Positions 51,716-60,895 of a stretch of 64,000 nt of DNA are shown one piece after another. Position numbers and translations under genes: made by a program. This DNA is from a virus. Below the pieces are notes generated by a model, which was given only the letters and a program-made list of their open reading frames with translations, did no database searches and was not told the DNA's origin. Positions within the stretch are counted from its first letter, which is position 1; each line of letters opens with the position of its first letter. The stretch is from positions 1-64,000 of IMG/VR virus record IMGVR_UViG_3300020156_000022; one strand, given 5' to 3'.

Positions 51716-51725
51716 ATAGAATTTT

Positions 51726-51841
51726 GCTGGAATCGAACCAGCGATGCAGGCTTTGCCCCGCATACCTCTCCAGAGGTGCTGTTATATAGGAATCGAACCT
51801 ACCACCATAGTGTTACCTATGTCCTCCCCAAGAGGGTCAGC
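51726..51841 (-). ncRNA. two tandem mini tRNA-like modules
   Basis: Twice: CCUC-(U)UGG(G/A)-GAGG hairpin, middle hairpin, GG-UUCGAUU-CC T-arm. Confidence 0.55.
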
Positions 51842-51842
51842 G

Positions 51843-51915
51843 CGCTCACGACCGGATTCGAACCGGCGACTTCTTCCGTGACAGGGAAGCACTCTTACCG
51901 CTGAGTTACGCAAGC
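51843..51915 (-). tRNA. tRNA-Asp(GTC)
   Basis: CTTCC-CTGTCAC-GGAAG. Confidence 0.9.
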
Positions 51916-51971
51916 ATGGAGCTGGGAACAAGGGCCTACCGTCAAATCCCTTGATAAACGGATTCCCAACG

Positions 51972-52047
51972 CCCGAGCAACAGGATTCGAACCTGCATGT
52001 TTCCGTTAACCTTTCAACTGGTTCGTAGCCAGAGGGTATACGCCCGG
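51972..52047 (-). tRNA. rearranged tRNA-Arg(ACG)-like RNA lacking a 5' D-arm
   Basis: CCGGGCG/TGCTCGG acceptor, CTGG-CTACGAA-CCAG, long 3' segment containing AACGG, perfect T-arm. Confidence 0.65.
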
Positions 52048-52143
52048 ATGATGTAAGCGAAACCTGCTCAGTAAGGATAATTTTGGTTGTCCTGCTTACA
52101 TCTACTACTCTACATCAAACTTCTAATCGTGTCAAGCCCTCAA

Positions 52144-52773
52144 TCAAGGTGCGTTTACAGCAACTATTGGAGACACATAATAAAAGGAGTTGAACACATT
52201 TAGCGATGAAGAGCTGCTAGGAGGACTGTTAGATACTCCTAGTCTAGACACTTCGTGGAAAACATTATTGGACGGTGATTTTACCACCCACGTACCTGGA
52301 GCACCAGGGGGACTAGCAAATACATAGTGCCAAGTATACACAGCAGCAACATAATCATATGTAAACCCGTCTAATAACCTTACGGGAGAATCAAACATAA
52401 CATTATTATACTGCCCAGGTACGGGAGTAAACTCTTTACTAGCCAGAAGTGAATTATCTTGCTTACGATAAAGCATTACTCGGTGGTTAACTGTAGGTAA
52501 TCCTGGATTAGGTGTGTTAGTAGGTGCGCGCCATTGAATACCTAAGCAATCTCGCTGGCCGACTCCACCAGTTAAGGCAAACTCCGCACCCATAGCATAA
52601 TACGTTGAACCATCTACACCGTCAACCCCTGTAGGTTGATAAGGCCAAGTTAATGTTTCTGTTAGAACAGGAGCACTGGCACCAAAATCATCCCAAGCTC
52701 CTTCATAACGTACTTTACCTTGGTTACTGGCATTTACCCACGCCCCAGATCGGCGACCTTTAATTACACTCAT
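52144..52773 (-). CDS. tail-fibre-associated beta-sandwich protein (DUF4082-like)
   Basis: MGAEF, GIQW, FDSPV.L, YVAAV; overlaps the upstream fibre gene stop. Confidence 0.5.
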   Translation of the reverse strand: MSVIKGRRSGAWVNASNQGKVRYEGAWDDFGASAPVLTETLTWPYQPTGVDGVDGSTYYAMGAEFALTGGVGQRDCLGIQWRAPTNTPNPGLPTVNHRVMLYRKQDNSLLASKEFTPVPGQYNNVMFDSPVRLLDGFTYDYVAAVYTWHYVFASPPGAPGTWVVKSPSNNVFHEVSRLGVSNSPPSSSSSLNVFNSFYYVSPIVAVNAP

Positions 52774-54488
52774 GCGTCTGTATCAATCCAAATAGATCCG
52801 TCAGGAACAGTACCAGGATCATTTGGACCAACATATATCCTGGCAGTTGAAGCTTCTACGTATGCGGAACCATTCCATAGCATAACAACTGGTGTCATGT
52901 CTTCCACAGCAGTAACTCTGTTAGAAATTGCTGTAACAGTAGAAGTAGCTGCTTTAGCGTCTAAAGCTGTTTGAGTAGCTGTTGAAATAGGCTTATTCAA
53001 GTCTGAGGTATTGTCGACATTGCCTAAACCTACATCGCCCTTAACTAAGGTTACGGTGCCGGTTTTTCCAGCTACGCTGTCTACAGGGAAATCTAAATCA
53101 GTTATCTGAGACTGTGTATGAGTATGGCTGGTATTAGCTTTTCCATTAAGTGCGGTTTGTGTAGCAGAGGAAATAGGCTTATTAGCGTCAGAAGTATTAT
53201 CTACGTTAGCAAGACCTACATCAGCCTTTACAAGAGTAACCACACCAGTTTTGCCTGCAACACTATCGACAGGGAAATCCAAGTCAGTAATCTGTGCCTG
53301 AGTATGGGTATGCCCTGTATTGGACTTTCCATCCAAAGCGGTCTGGGTTGCGGTACTGATTGGCTTTGATAGGTCTGAAGTATTATCTACATTAGCCAAC
53401 CCTACATCTGATTTTGTCAAAACTACATCACCAGTTCTACCGGCAACACTATCTACTGGATAATCAATGGTTGGAGTATCTTCCAAATCATTATAACTAC
53501 CAGAAGTAGCTACATCTGCCAAAGATGAGATATTAGCTTTAGCATCAAGCGCAGCTTGAGTAGCAGTACTGATAGGTTTGCTTACATCAGAAGTATTGTC
53601 AACATTAGCTAATCCAACATCAGCCTTAGTTAATACAACATCACCAGTTCTGCCAGCAACGCTAGATACTTCAGATGAGCCTCCTACTGGCTTATCGAGT
53701 AAATCATTGTAACTTCCTGTAGTTGCTACAGTTGCTAAATCTGATATATTAGCCTTACTATTTAAAGCTGTTTGTGTAGCTGTGCTGACAGGCTTAGCCA
53801 GATCTGCGGTGTTGTCAACATTAGCAAGACCTACATCAGTCTTATTTAACGCTACTGCTCCTGTTTTACCCGCTACGCTAGTCACACTAGCCGTTGGAAT
53901 TGTAGGCTTGTCAGCTAGGTCATTATAGCTTCCTGTAGTGGCTACAGTTGCCAATGAGCTAGTGTTCGCCTTACCCGCTAAAGCAGTATTTACCTCAGTT
54001 TCGGTATAATACCTATCATCGTGCAGGTGATCACCAAAAGCTACTTGAGAATGAGTAGTACCTACTGGCAATCGTGCAATAGACAATACACCTGAAGTAA
54101 TATCTGAAGCTGAATGCTCATGAGGCCCAGATGGTTGCTGAGTAACAGGTGCATTAACTACAGGAACTAGCTTTGATACTGGCAAGATATGATTAGGAGT
54201 ATCGTAAGGAATGGCAACAGTCATAGTAGAGTAGTCACCAGACAACTTAAATACTAAGGTATAAGTCCAGCCAGAAGGAGTCCATTCAGGGTCATCGGTA
54301 GCTGGTAAAGCTACAGACACATATCCCTGAGAATTCAATGTTGCTTTGATCATAGAAGGTACTACTGTAGTAGTTCCGGCAGATTCAAGAACATAGCCTC
54401 TGGAATAGAATTCTAAACTTCCTGACTCAGGTGTTCCATCTGCCTTTAGAAAGGTTCCTTGCACAGTAATCATTGTAGGCATTCCCAC
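52770..54488 (-). CDS. tail fibre/minor structural protein with tandem repeats
   Basis: Five SVAGKTG.V.L.K.DVGL.NVDNT.D..KP.S.ATQ.AL units plus VAT.GSYNDL and HTH motifs. Confidence 0.8.
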   Translation of the reverse strand: MGMPTMITVQGTFLKADGTPESGSLEFYSRGYVLESAGTTTVVPSMIKATLNSQGYVSVALPATDDPEWTPSGWTYTLVFKLSGDYSTMTVAIPYDTPNHILPVSKLVPVVNAPVTQQPSGPHEHSASDITSGVLSIARLPVGTTHSQVAFGDHLHDDRYYTETEVNTALAGKANTSSLATVATTGSYNDLADKPTIPTASVTSVAGKTGAVALNKTDVGLANVDNTADLAKPVSTATQTALNSKANISDLATVATTGSYNDLLDKPVGGSSEVSSVAGRTGDVVLTKADVGLANVDNTSDVSKPISTATQAALDAKANISSLADVATSGSYNDLEDTPTIDYPVDSVAGRTGDVVLTKSDVGLANVDNTSDLSKPISTATQTALDGKSNTGHTHTQAQITDLDFPVDSVAGKTGVVTLVKADVGLANVDNTSDANKPISSATQTALNGKANTSHTHTQSQITDLDFPVDSVAGKTGTVTLVKGDVGLGNVDNTSDLNKPISTATQTALDAKAATSTVTAISNRVTAVEDMTPVVMLWNGSAYVEASTARIYVGPNDPGTVPDGSIWIDTDA

Positions 54489-54551
54489 AGCAATACCTCA
54501 CTTAAAATAAAAATGGTAGCCGACTAATGATATAATCGGCTACCATCTTAA

Positions 54552-55037
54552 TTACTTCCTGTTGTAAAGATCAGTCCACTCGGGCACTCGTGGTGCAAAC
54601 AACAAAGGCATCCTAGCTTCGTCAGGTGTTCTATCCCTCTTTTTGTTATTACATGGAGAGCATGCAGCAACAGTATTCTTCCAGGAATTCTTACCTCCCT
54701 TAGAACGAGGAATTACGTGATCAATAGTGTTCGCCCTGCCGTTACAGAAAGCACAAACATACTTATCACGTCTCAATACGCCAGATTTAGACCATTTAGG
54801 CTGCCTTTGATACCTCCAAGTAGTAACAACATACCTTAGAAGTCTGACAGAAATAGGACGTATGAAAACACCTATTAACTCATCTGCTGCCTCATGTACT
54901 TCAGCCACACCGCGAACGATCATTCTAATCGCATGATTTAGAGATACGGTGTGAAGTACTTGAAGGTCTGCGTTTAATACTGTTACATTTCCACTCATCA
55001 CCGCACTCCTTTCAAATAAATCGCGGTGTAAAATCAT
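54552..55037 (-). CDS. HNH endonuclease (actinobacterial type)
   Basis: VLNA, VLRRD, CAFC, TIDHVIPRSKGG.NSWKNTVAAC..CN..K. Confidence 0.9.
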   Translation of the reverse strand: MILHRDLFERSAVMSGNVTVLNADLQVLHTVSLNHAIRMIVRGVAEVHEAADELIGVFIRPISVRLLRYVVTTWRYQRQPKWSKSGVLRRDKYVCAFCNGRANTIDHVIPRSKGGKNSWKNTVAACSPCNNKKRDRTPDEARMPLLFAPRVPEWTDLYNRK

Positions 55038-55076
55038 GCGCCTAGCTTACCACCAAGCGCATGACCTGTCAACATC

Positions 55077-56192
55077 TTAGTGAGTGTGCCCTAGCAGACG
55101 ACCACAAGGATGATCTGCATTACATACACCAGTCTCAGCAGCTACCGGAATATCGCCACCTACCAGCATCAAACGGTTTACATCCGTCGGAGAAAGGTCA
55201 GCGTTATTAGCAGCTTGAGTTACTGCCTGCATAAGAGAGTACATAGTCAGATTACTCTCGTTGATCATGTTATTGGTGATGGTATTACGAAGATTACCAG
55301 GCAGGCCGTACTCACGGAACATCTCATTCATAGTTTCGCGAGTCATTCCATCAAGATGAATATCAGTCATGGACTGAACACCATCAAGAGCACCTTCTAG
55401 ACCACCTAGAACTTCGTCAACAGCATCGCGAGCCCACTCGAATACAGCATCGTTGCGACCGTTAGCGCCTCGACGAGACCAAATGCTGTTAGCACTGGTT
55501 CGAGTATCGATAGCACCATTAGTGCACCAATAACGGAAAAGATATCCATTGATCTGAGTCTGCTCAAGGCCTGTGAGTGAGTTGACTAGCTGAATACCTG
55601 TTGACCAAGTATCGTTCTCAGTTCCGGTATTCTCGATTACTCGCACATACTCAGGAACAATCAGACGAATGTGGGTCTGCTGAAGAGTATGAGTAAATTT
55701 GTAGTCAGCGAATACCTCACCACTACCGTACTTAGCCTCAATACCGTCCAGAAGAATTTCCAGTAGCCGAAGGTTTGAATATGGCTGAACAGCAGCACGA
55801 GCTACAGCAGCAGCCTTATCACCGCGAACACCAAGAACCTTATATTCACCCTTCTCAAGGCCAGCACGGAAGAAATGGTTAAAGATTTCTTCCGTGATAT
55901 GAGATGGCGCTTTGTAGAGGAAGCCCTTAGGCAGCTTAATTTCCTTCGCAAGGTCGTAAATACCACTCTGAGTTAGCTGTAGTTCCCGGCCACCTACGCT
56001 GATAAAACCGTTAATTTCGTTGTTAGGCTGGAGAGCCTTCAATCCATGGTTATAATCCTCGCCAAGGCGAAATGATACACCTTCGCCAACTTCAAACTCA
56101 TGAATAGCTAGAGGCTCAGTATATGCTAGACGCTCACGAACGTCATCCAGCGAAAGTAGCTTGTCCTTTACGTCATCGATAGTAACTGACAA
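55077..56192 (-). CDS. DUF932-like phage protein
   Basis: GIQLVNS.TG...FRYWCTNGA; YSLMQAVT. Confidence 0.65.
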   Translation of the reverse strand: MSVTIDDVKDKLLSLDDVRERLAYTEPLAIHEFEVGEGVSFRLGEDYNHGLKALQPNNEINGFISVGGRELQLTQSGIYDLAKEIKLPKGFLYKAPSHITEEIFNHFFRAGLEKGEYKVLGVRGDKAAAVARAAVQPYSNLRLLEILLDGIEAKYGSGEVFADYKFTHTLQQTHIRLIVPEYVRVIENTGTENDTWSTGIQLVNSLTGLEQTQINGYLFRYWCTNGAIDTRTSANSIWSRRGANGRNDAVFEWARDAVDEVLGGLEGALDGVQSMTDIHLDGMTRETMNEMFREYGLPGNLRNTITNNMINESNLTMYSLMQAVTQAANNADLSPTDVNRLMLVGGDIPVAAETGVCNADHPCGRLLGHTH

Positions 56193-56529
56193 AATCGGCT
56201 CCTTAGTATATGAAATAGAGGGGCATCGGTTGCCCGTACCCCTCTATCCTAGCAGAATCAGCTACCCTCGTCAACAGGTTCTTGTGGAGCTGGATTCTTC
56301 TGCTCATACCACCAGGCTACAAAGTCATTAGCTCGCTTTGTAGCATTGCCAACAGCCCAGCCTTCCTCACGGACCAACATGTAAAAAGATCTAAACAATG
56401 TTTCATCTGTTGGAGCTACAAAGTCTATGAATTGATCTACTAGCTTACAAGAATTAGCATGAGATAGTCCTAATTCTCTAAGATGCTCATACAACTTCAA
56501 ATCAAAAAAGTCATTAGCTTGCATAAACT

Positions 56530-57621
56530 TTACTCCTCATCAATAAGTGATCCAACCTTCTTACTTTCTCGGTCCCGTTGCAACAGCAATTCTGCTTCAG
56601 AGATAAGCTGCATTCGCCACGTAGGATCACTAGCGGCCTTAGAATTAAATTGAGCTGTACCGTTAAGGCTGTCCCCACCAAGGGTATCATCTAGCTTAAT
56701 CCAAGCTCCTGAAGATTTAATCAACCCATTATGCTCAAGGATCTTACGAGCTGACCATAGATTATCAAAGCCTAGACCATAACGAACTAAAGCTTTACCT
56801 TCACGCATAGGAATGCCAATTTTATTTTTGGTGCACACCATCTTGACTTCAGTAGCTATTGCTACTTCCACAAGTTCACCGTAGATGTTTTCTACCTTAC
56901 CCTTTTCCTTAGTAGTGCTGATAAATTCTACCATCACACTAGAATAGTAGGTAAGCTTCTCGCCACCAGGACGAGTCTTCTGCGCACCACCGAAAGTAGG
57001 CATCCCACCAATCGCCAAATGCACGTGATTGATAAAAATAGCGGCAGTTTCAGTTTTAAACAGAATAGAATTCAGCATTCCAAGAAACGGAGACATAACT
57101 CTAGCTAGCGGTGCTACAGCAGCCTTACCTACTTCATCTTGAAATACCTGTGAAGGAATCATAGCAGGAACAGAATCCCAGATAGCTAAAAGAATTTCGC
57201 CAGACTCAATAAGTTCTTTAGCCATATTAGCTCCGGTCTCAAAATCTTCGGGACGGAGCATAATTACTGTAGAAGTATCATGAATATTTAAGCCTAAACT
57301 CTCAGCATAATCTGCATCAAGTGCACACTCATAATCCATATATAAGATAAACTTATTAAGACCTTCTTCACGAATTCTCTTCTGGGCTAATGCTGCTGTT
57401 TGTAGTGCAGCGGTAGTCTTACCACTCTGAGACTTTCCGTAGAACTGAGTAATCCTACCTAAAGCAACGCCGCCACCCATAATATCGTTTAGTGCCATGT
57501 TACCGGTATCCAAGAATTTCACATCACTATGAAACCCAAGTGAAAACTTATCTGCATATTTTTTATTCGCAGATGCTAAAATATCTGCTACGTTTGCTTT
57601 TGCTTTGTCTTTAGGGGGCAT
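56530..57621 (-). CDS. recA: RecA/UvsX recombinase
   Basis: TG..ALN.IMGGG..GRI, GKSQSGKTT, D.ECALD, WDSV, FINH, PGG, KNK. Confidence 0.93.
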   Translation of the reverse strand: MPPKDKAKANVADILASANKKYADKFSLGFHSDVKFLDTGNMALNDIMGGGVALGRITQFYGKSQSGKTTAALQTAALAQKRIREEGLNKFILYMDYECALDADYAESLGLNIHDTSTVIMLRPEDFETGANMAKELIESGEILLAIWDSVPAMIPSQVFQDEVGKAAVAPLARVMSPFLGMLNSILFKTETAAIFINHVHLAIGGMPTFGGAQKTRPGGEKLTYYSSVMVEFISTTKEKGKVENIYGELVEVAIATEVKMVCTKNKIGIPMREGKALVRYGLGFDNLWSARKILEHNGLIKSSGAWIKLDDTLGGDSLNGTAQFNSKAASDPTWRMQLISEAELLLQRDRESKKVGSLIDEE

Positions 57622-57799
57622 TAGATATATTTCTCCCTAAGCATCTAATAATTCATTAATTAGTTTTTCCAGCTTTAACTTATCTTCAGGACTCAACTTG
57701 TCGATTCTTTCGCGGCCCTTATCTAGGGAATCCTGGATAGCCCTGTGTATACAATGATGAATTATGTGTCCATCACTTACACAGCAATAAGGGTTTTCT

Positions 57800-58273
57800 T
57801 TAGTTCCCACGAATCTCCCTTAATAAACCTTGAGCTGGTGGATTTTGTAAGTAGTTTATATAGCGCTGTAATCTGTCAATAGCATGCCCAGAAGAATCTC
57901 CTACTTGCCCAATAAGTGAATTACATGGACCACAAATAAGACCTCTAATGCATTTTCCACAGATAGGGGGTGCCGGGCAGCAACTATGATCATGGTCAAC
58001 AGACAGTCTTTTACTCAATCCTCTATTACCTGTCCACTCACCACAAGTATAGCACATGCCACCTTGAGCTGCATAAAGAGCATCGTATTCACCATCAGAA
58101 AGGTTATACATCTTCTGCATTCTTCCAGAATGGTTTTTAGCCTTTAGTTCTTTCTTTCTTAATCTATAACAAGTAGTACAACGAGGGCCAGGATAAGGCA
58201 ATTTCCTAGTCGTAGATCCACAATCTTTACATGATCTCTTTTTAGGTTCTGCCATATTTATCCTGACCCTCAT
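57800..58273 (-). CDS. endonuclease VII (Holliday junction resolvase-like)
   Basis: QGGMCYTC, LSVDHDH, IRGLIC..CN..IG. Confidence 0.9.
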   Translation of the reverse strand: MRVRINMAEPKKRSCKDCGSTTRKLPYPGPRCTTCYRLRKKELKAKNHSGRMQKMYNLSDGEYDALYAAQGGMCYTCGEWTGNRGLSKRLSVDHDHSCCPAPPICGKCIRGLICGPCNSLIGQVGDSSGHAIDRLQRYINYLQNPPAQGLLREIRGN

Positions 58274-58310
58274 TAACTATACGATATTTACTTGTCTAGT
58301 ATAGCAGCTA

Positions 58311-59198
58311 TCAGTCTTCAATGCCATTAAGAAGGTCATCAAAACTGACAGCTTCTGCGCGCTTATTAGAATTCTTCTCAGCATCAGCCATTGGCTTAGC
58401 CCAAGGGTCTTCCTTATCCAGAAGCCCATTAAGTCCTGCATCGAGATTGCGCTCAGCACCAACAAGACCATCAGAAGAACTTTCACCTGACAGGCCCTTA
58501 GCCTGTGCCCACTTACGCTTTACTTCATCAACCTTATCTTCGATGAAGTCCTTACCCATCTTGCGGCCGATGTAGCGGTAAATATCCTTGGACCTATTTG
58601 AAGCTACATTCTCTTCAAAACGCTGACGGGTAGATTCATTGGCCTGCCAACCAGTCTTCTGACCAGCAATGATTTTAAACTTCTGGTATCCAGCATTCTC
58701 ACATGGACCAAGAATCAGATCTACGTCCTGAGGAGCCTTTTCAGCTTCCTCGTAAATATCAATCAGCTCGCCGAACTTCTGATCGGCAAAAGCCCAAACC
58801 TTTACAGTTCCCTCACCATTAGCAGGAGCCTTGTTAGTTCCGTTGGTCTGGTACTGGTAAACGTGAGTAGCGTACTTACGCTTTGGCTTGGCGAACATGT
58901 CAGGAGCATCCTGAGCAGCCTTGCAAGCAGGGCAGTTCTTAGCGTCTAGGCCACGCTCCTTGATGATATTCTCATCACCAATACAGATTGGATTACCTAG
59001 GAACTCAAAGTCCATCTCTTCGCCTTTGTACTGGACTTCACCGTTAATCATCTTCGGTGCACGAAGATTGTGCACATAAGCTGACTCAGGCTCTTCCAGG
59101 ACAACAATACGGGCGGATTCCTTATTCTCAAGCCTTAGCTTGGGAAAGTTTTCTACTTCTGCGGCACGGTTATTGGAAGTAAAGGACATCTTAGCCAT
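58311..59198 (-). CDS. single-stranded DNA-binding protein (gp32-like)
   Basis: H...C...CPAC Zn motif, VKVW, acidic FDDLL C-terminus; position among replication genes. Confidence 0.65.
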   Translation of the reverse strand: MAKMSFTSNNRAAEVENFPKLRLENKESARIVVLEEPESAYVHNLRAPKMINGEVQYKGEEMDFEFLGNPICIGDENIIKERGLDAKNCPACKAAQDAPDMFAKPKRKYATHVYQYQTNGTNKAPANGEGTVKVWAFADQKFGELIDIYEEAEKAPQDVDLILGPCENAGYQKFKIIAGQKTGWQANESTRQRFEENVASNRSKDIYRYIGRKMGKDFIEDKVDEVKRKWAQAKGLSGESSSDGLVGAERNLDAGLNGLLDKEDPWAKPMADAEKNSNKRAEAVSFDDLLNGIED

Positions 59199-59276
59199 TA
59201 ATTATCTCTTTTCTCTTTTAACTGAGCGAACACTTCTGGAACGCTATGTCTATTCTACCATGATCCGTACCTTGGA

Positions 59277-59768
59277 TCAAGCTTGGTAGTAGCTTGTTTG
59301 TTGCAGGTCTAAACGCTTTCTAAGGTCTTGGCGAATCTTATCCAGACCATAGTAATGAAGCCTGATAATATCAACAGCCTCATTAGCAAAACTCAATAAT
59401 TCTTCTGCTTGATTTAATTGTCTAGCCTCTTCAAAAGCAGCTAGATTAGCATCTGCGGCACGTTCTTTTCCTGTGCTGTAATCACCAAAGCTAGGACGTT
59501 TTCCAGCATTAACAATAGCTTTATCCCATACTTCCTGCCACTGCATTCTGAAAAGTGATACTCGCCTATCAGCAGCAGACTTAGCACGCATTGAACGAGA
59601 CAAATAATTTTCTATACTGGTGAGAACTTCCTGTACAGCTACTAGGGCTGAATGAATCTCTACAACATCAGCAGAGAAATCAGGATTTTGAAATTCAAAT
59701 CTTGCTTGAATAACAGCTTCAATATATTTTGTCAGCTCAGTCTGTAGTTCTTGGCTCAATAGGATCAA
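59277..59768 (-). CDS. helical protein, possible UvsY-like recombination mediator
   Basis: All-helical 163 aa next to the SSB; context only. Confidence 0.35.
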   Translation of the reverse strand: MILLSQELQTELTKYIEAVIQARFEFQNPDFSADVVEIHSALVAVQEVLTSIENYLSRSMRAKSAADRRVSLFRMQWQEVWDKAIVNAGKRPSFGDYSTGKERAADANLAAFEEARQLNQAEELLSFANEAVDIIRLHYYGLDKIRQDLRKRLDLQQTSYYQA

Positions 59769-60321
59769 TTCCTTTCATGAACAAAAGCAGTCGAACATCT
59801 TCTTCAAGCTGAGCGATTGAACTATTGTTATTGAGTATGTAGTCAACTTTATCTCTAATTGCTACAGATTCTGATGCATGTCCGTCCGAAGTCACCTCGG
59901 GCCGATCAATCCAGCAGATAGATCCATGCTTTTCATGAACAAATTCGACTTCGTTTTCAAACCGACAATCAGTGATAACGTAACGAGTGTCATCCCAACT
60001 CAGCCCTGGAAATTGCTTATTGAGAATTTCAATCCAGACATCTTCGTGAAAGAAGTTTCGCCCCGCTTCAGTACCAATAACCTGAAGCAGCTTACGAACC
60101 TCGGAAATATTTCTCTTAGCCCAATCCCAGCCTGCATCAGCAATCAACTCTGAGAGCCGGATCATTCCATAATAGTGCGTAGGAATCCAAGGATCAATAA
60201 TAAGTGCTAGTTCTCGTACAGCATCTGCAAAGGCTACTTTAGTAAATCCATACTCTGAAATAAGAACCTTTGCAGCAGTATCTTTACCCGATCCCTTGAG
60301 CCCAGAAAATGCAATTAGCAT
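59737..60321 (-). CDS. deoxynucleoside monophosphate kinase
   Basis: GLKGSGKDT, AFAD, RKLLQVIGTE, ITDCRFENE, HASE. Confidence 0.92.
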   Translation of the reverse strand: MLIAFSGLKGSGKDTAAKVLISEYGFTKVAFADAVRELALIIDPWIPTHYYGMIRLSELIADAGWDWAKRNISEVRKLLQVIGTEAGRNFFHEDVWIEILNKQFPGLSWDDTRYVITDCRFENEVEFVHEKHGSICWIDRPEVTSDGHASESVAIRDKVDYILNNNSSIAQLEEDVRLLLFMKGIDPIEPRTTD

Positions 60322-60895
60322 CAGACCTCGCTATTAAAGTTGTCTTTGATTTTATTCAAAATCTTGTTGGCTCTGCCTCGTGCATCTTCAAAAGATATGT
60401 CGCCGACTGCACCTAATTGAGTCATCTTGGCAACTACAAGAAATTCAGCTTCGGCCTCTAGTAGCTGAAAAGCGTCTCTGACAGAAAGAACATGACCAGC
60501 TATATCGTTAGCAATCAGAATTCGCTGGATATCGCTTTCATCAAGCTCTACATCAAATTTAACCCACTTGCCGGATGCTGTTTCGGCTGAGCCACCTCTA
60601 ACTATTCTCAATCTTCATCCTCCTCCATAAGCAGCTCCTCATCTAAAAATTCAATGAACAGCCGTCCCGTATAGTCTATGATCTTGCACCAACCTGTGTC
60701 AAGGTTGATTTTCCAGTCGGGGAAGTCCACAGCACACCCACACGACAAATAAATAGTCTGTCCAGCTTGGTAAGCTGCACTATTAGTGAGCGTATAAGTA
60801 ATGGATTGTGTCCAATTGTGGACTCTCCCGCCACAGCTATGACACTTAACTGAAAAGTCCTCAGTATCCATGCCACAAGTCTAGCAAGATCTCAG

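Noticed and set aside
52950-53885. Tail-fibre repeats as a diversity-generating or shufflon system
   Set aside because: The repeats are in-frame protein repeats with synonymous divergence; no reverse transcriptase, invertase or A-specific variation is seen.
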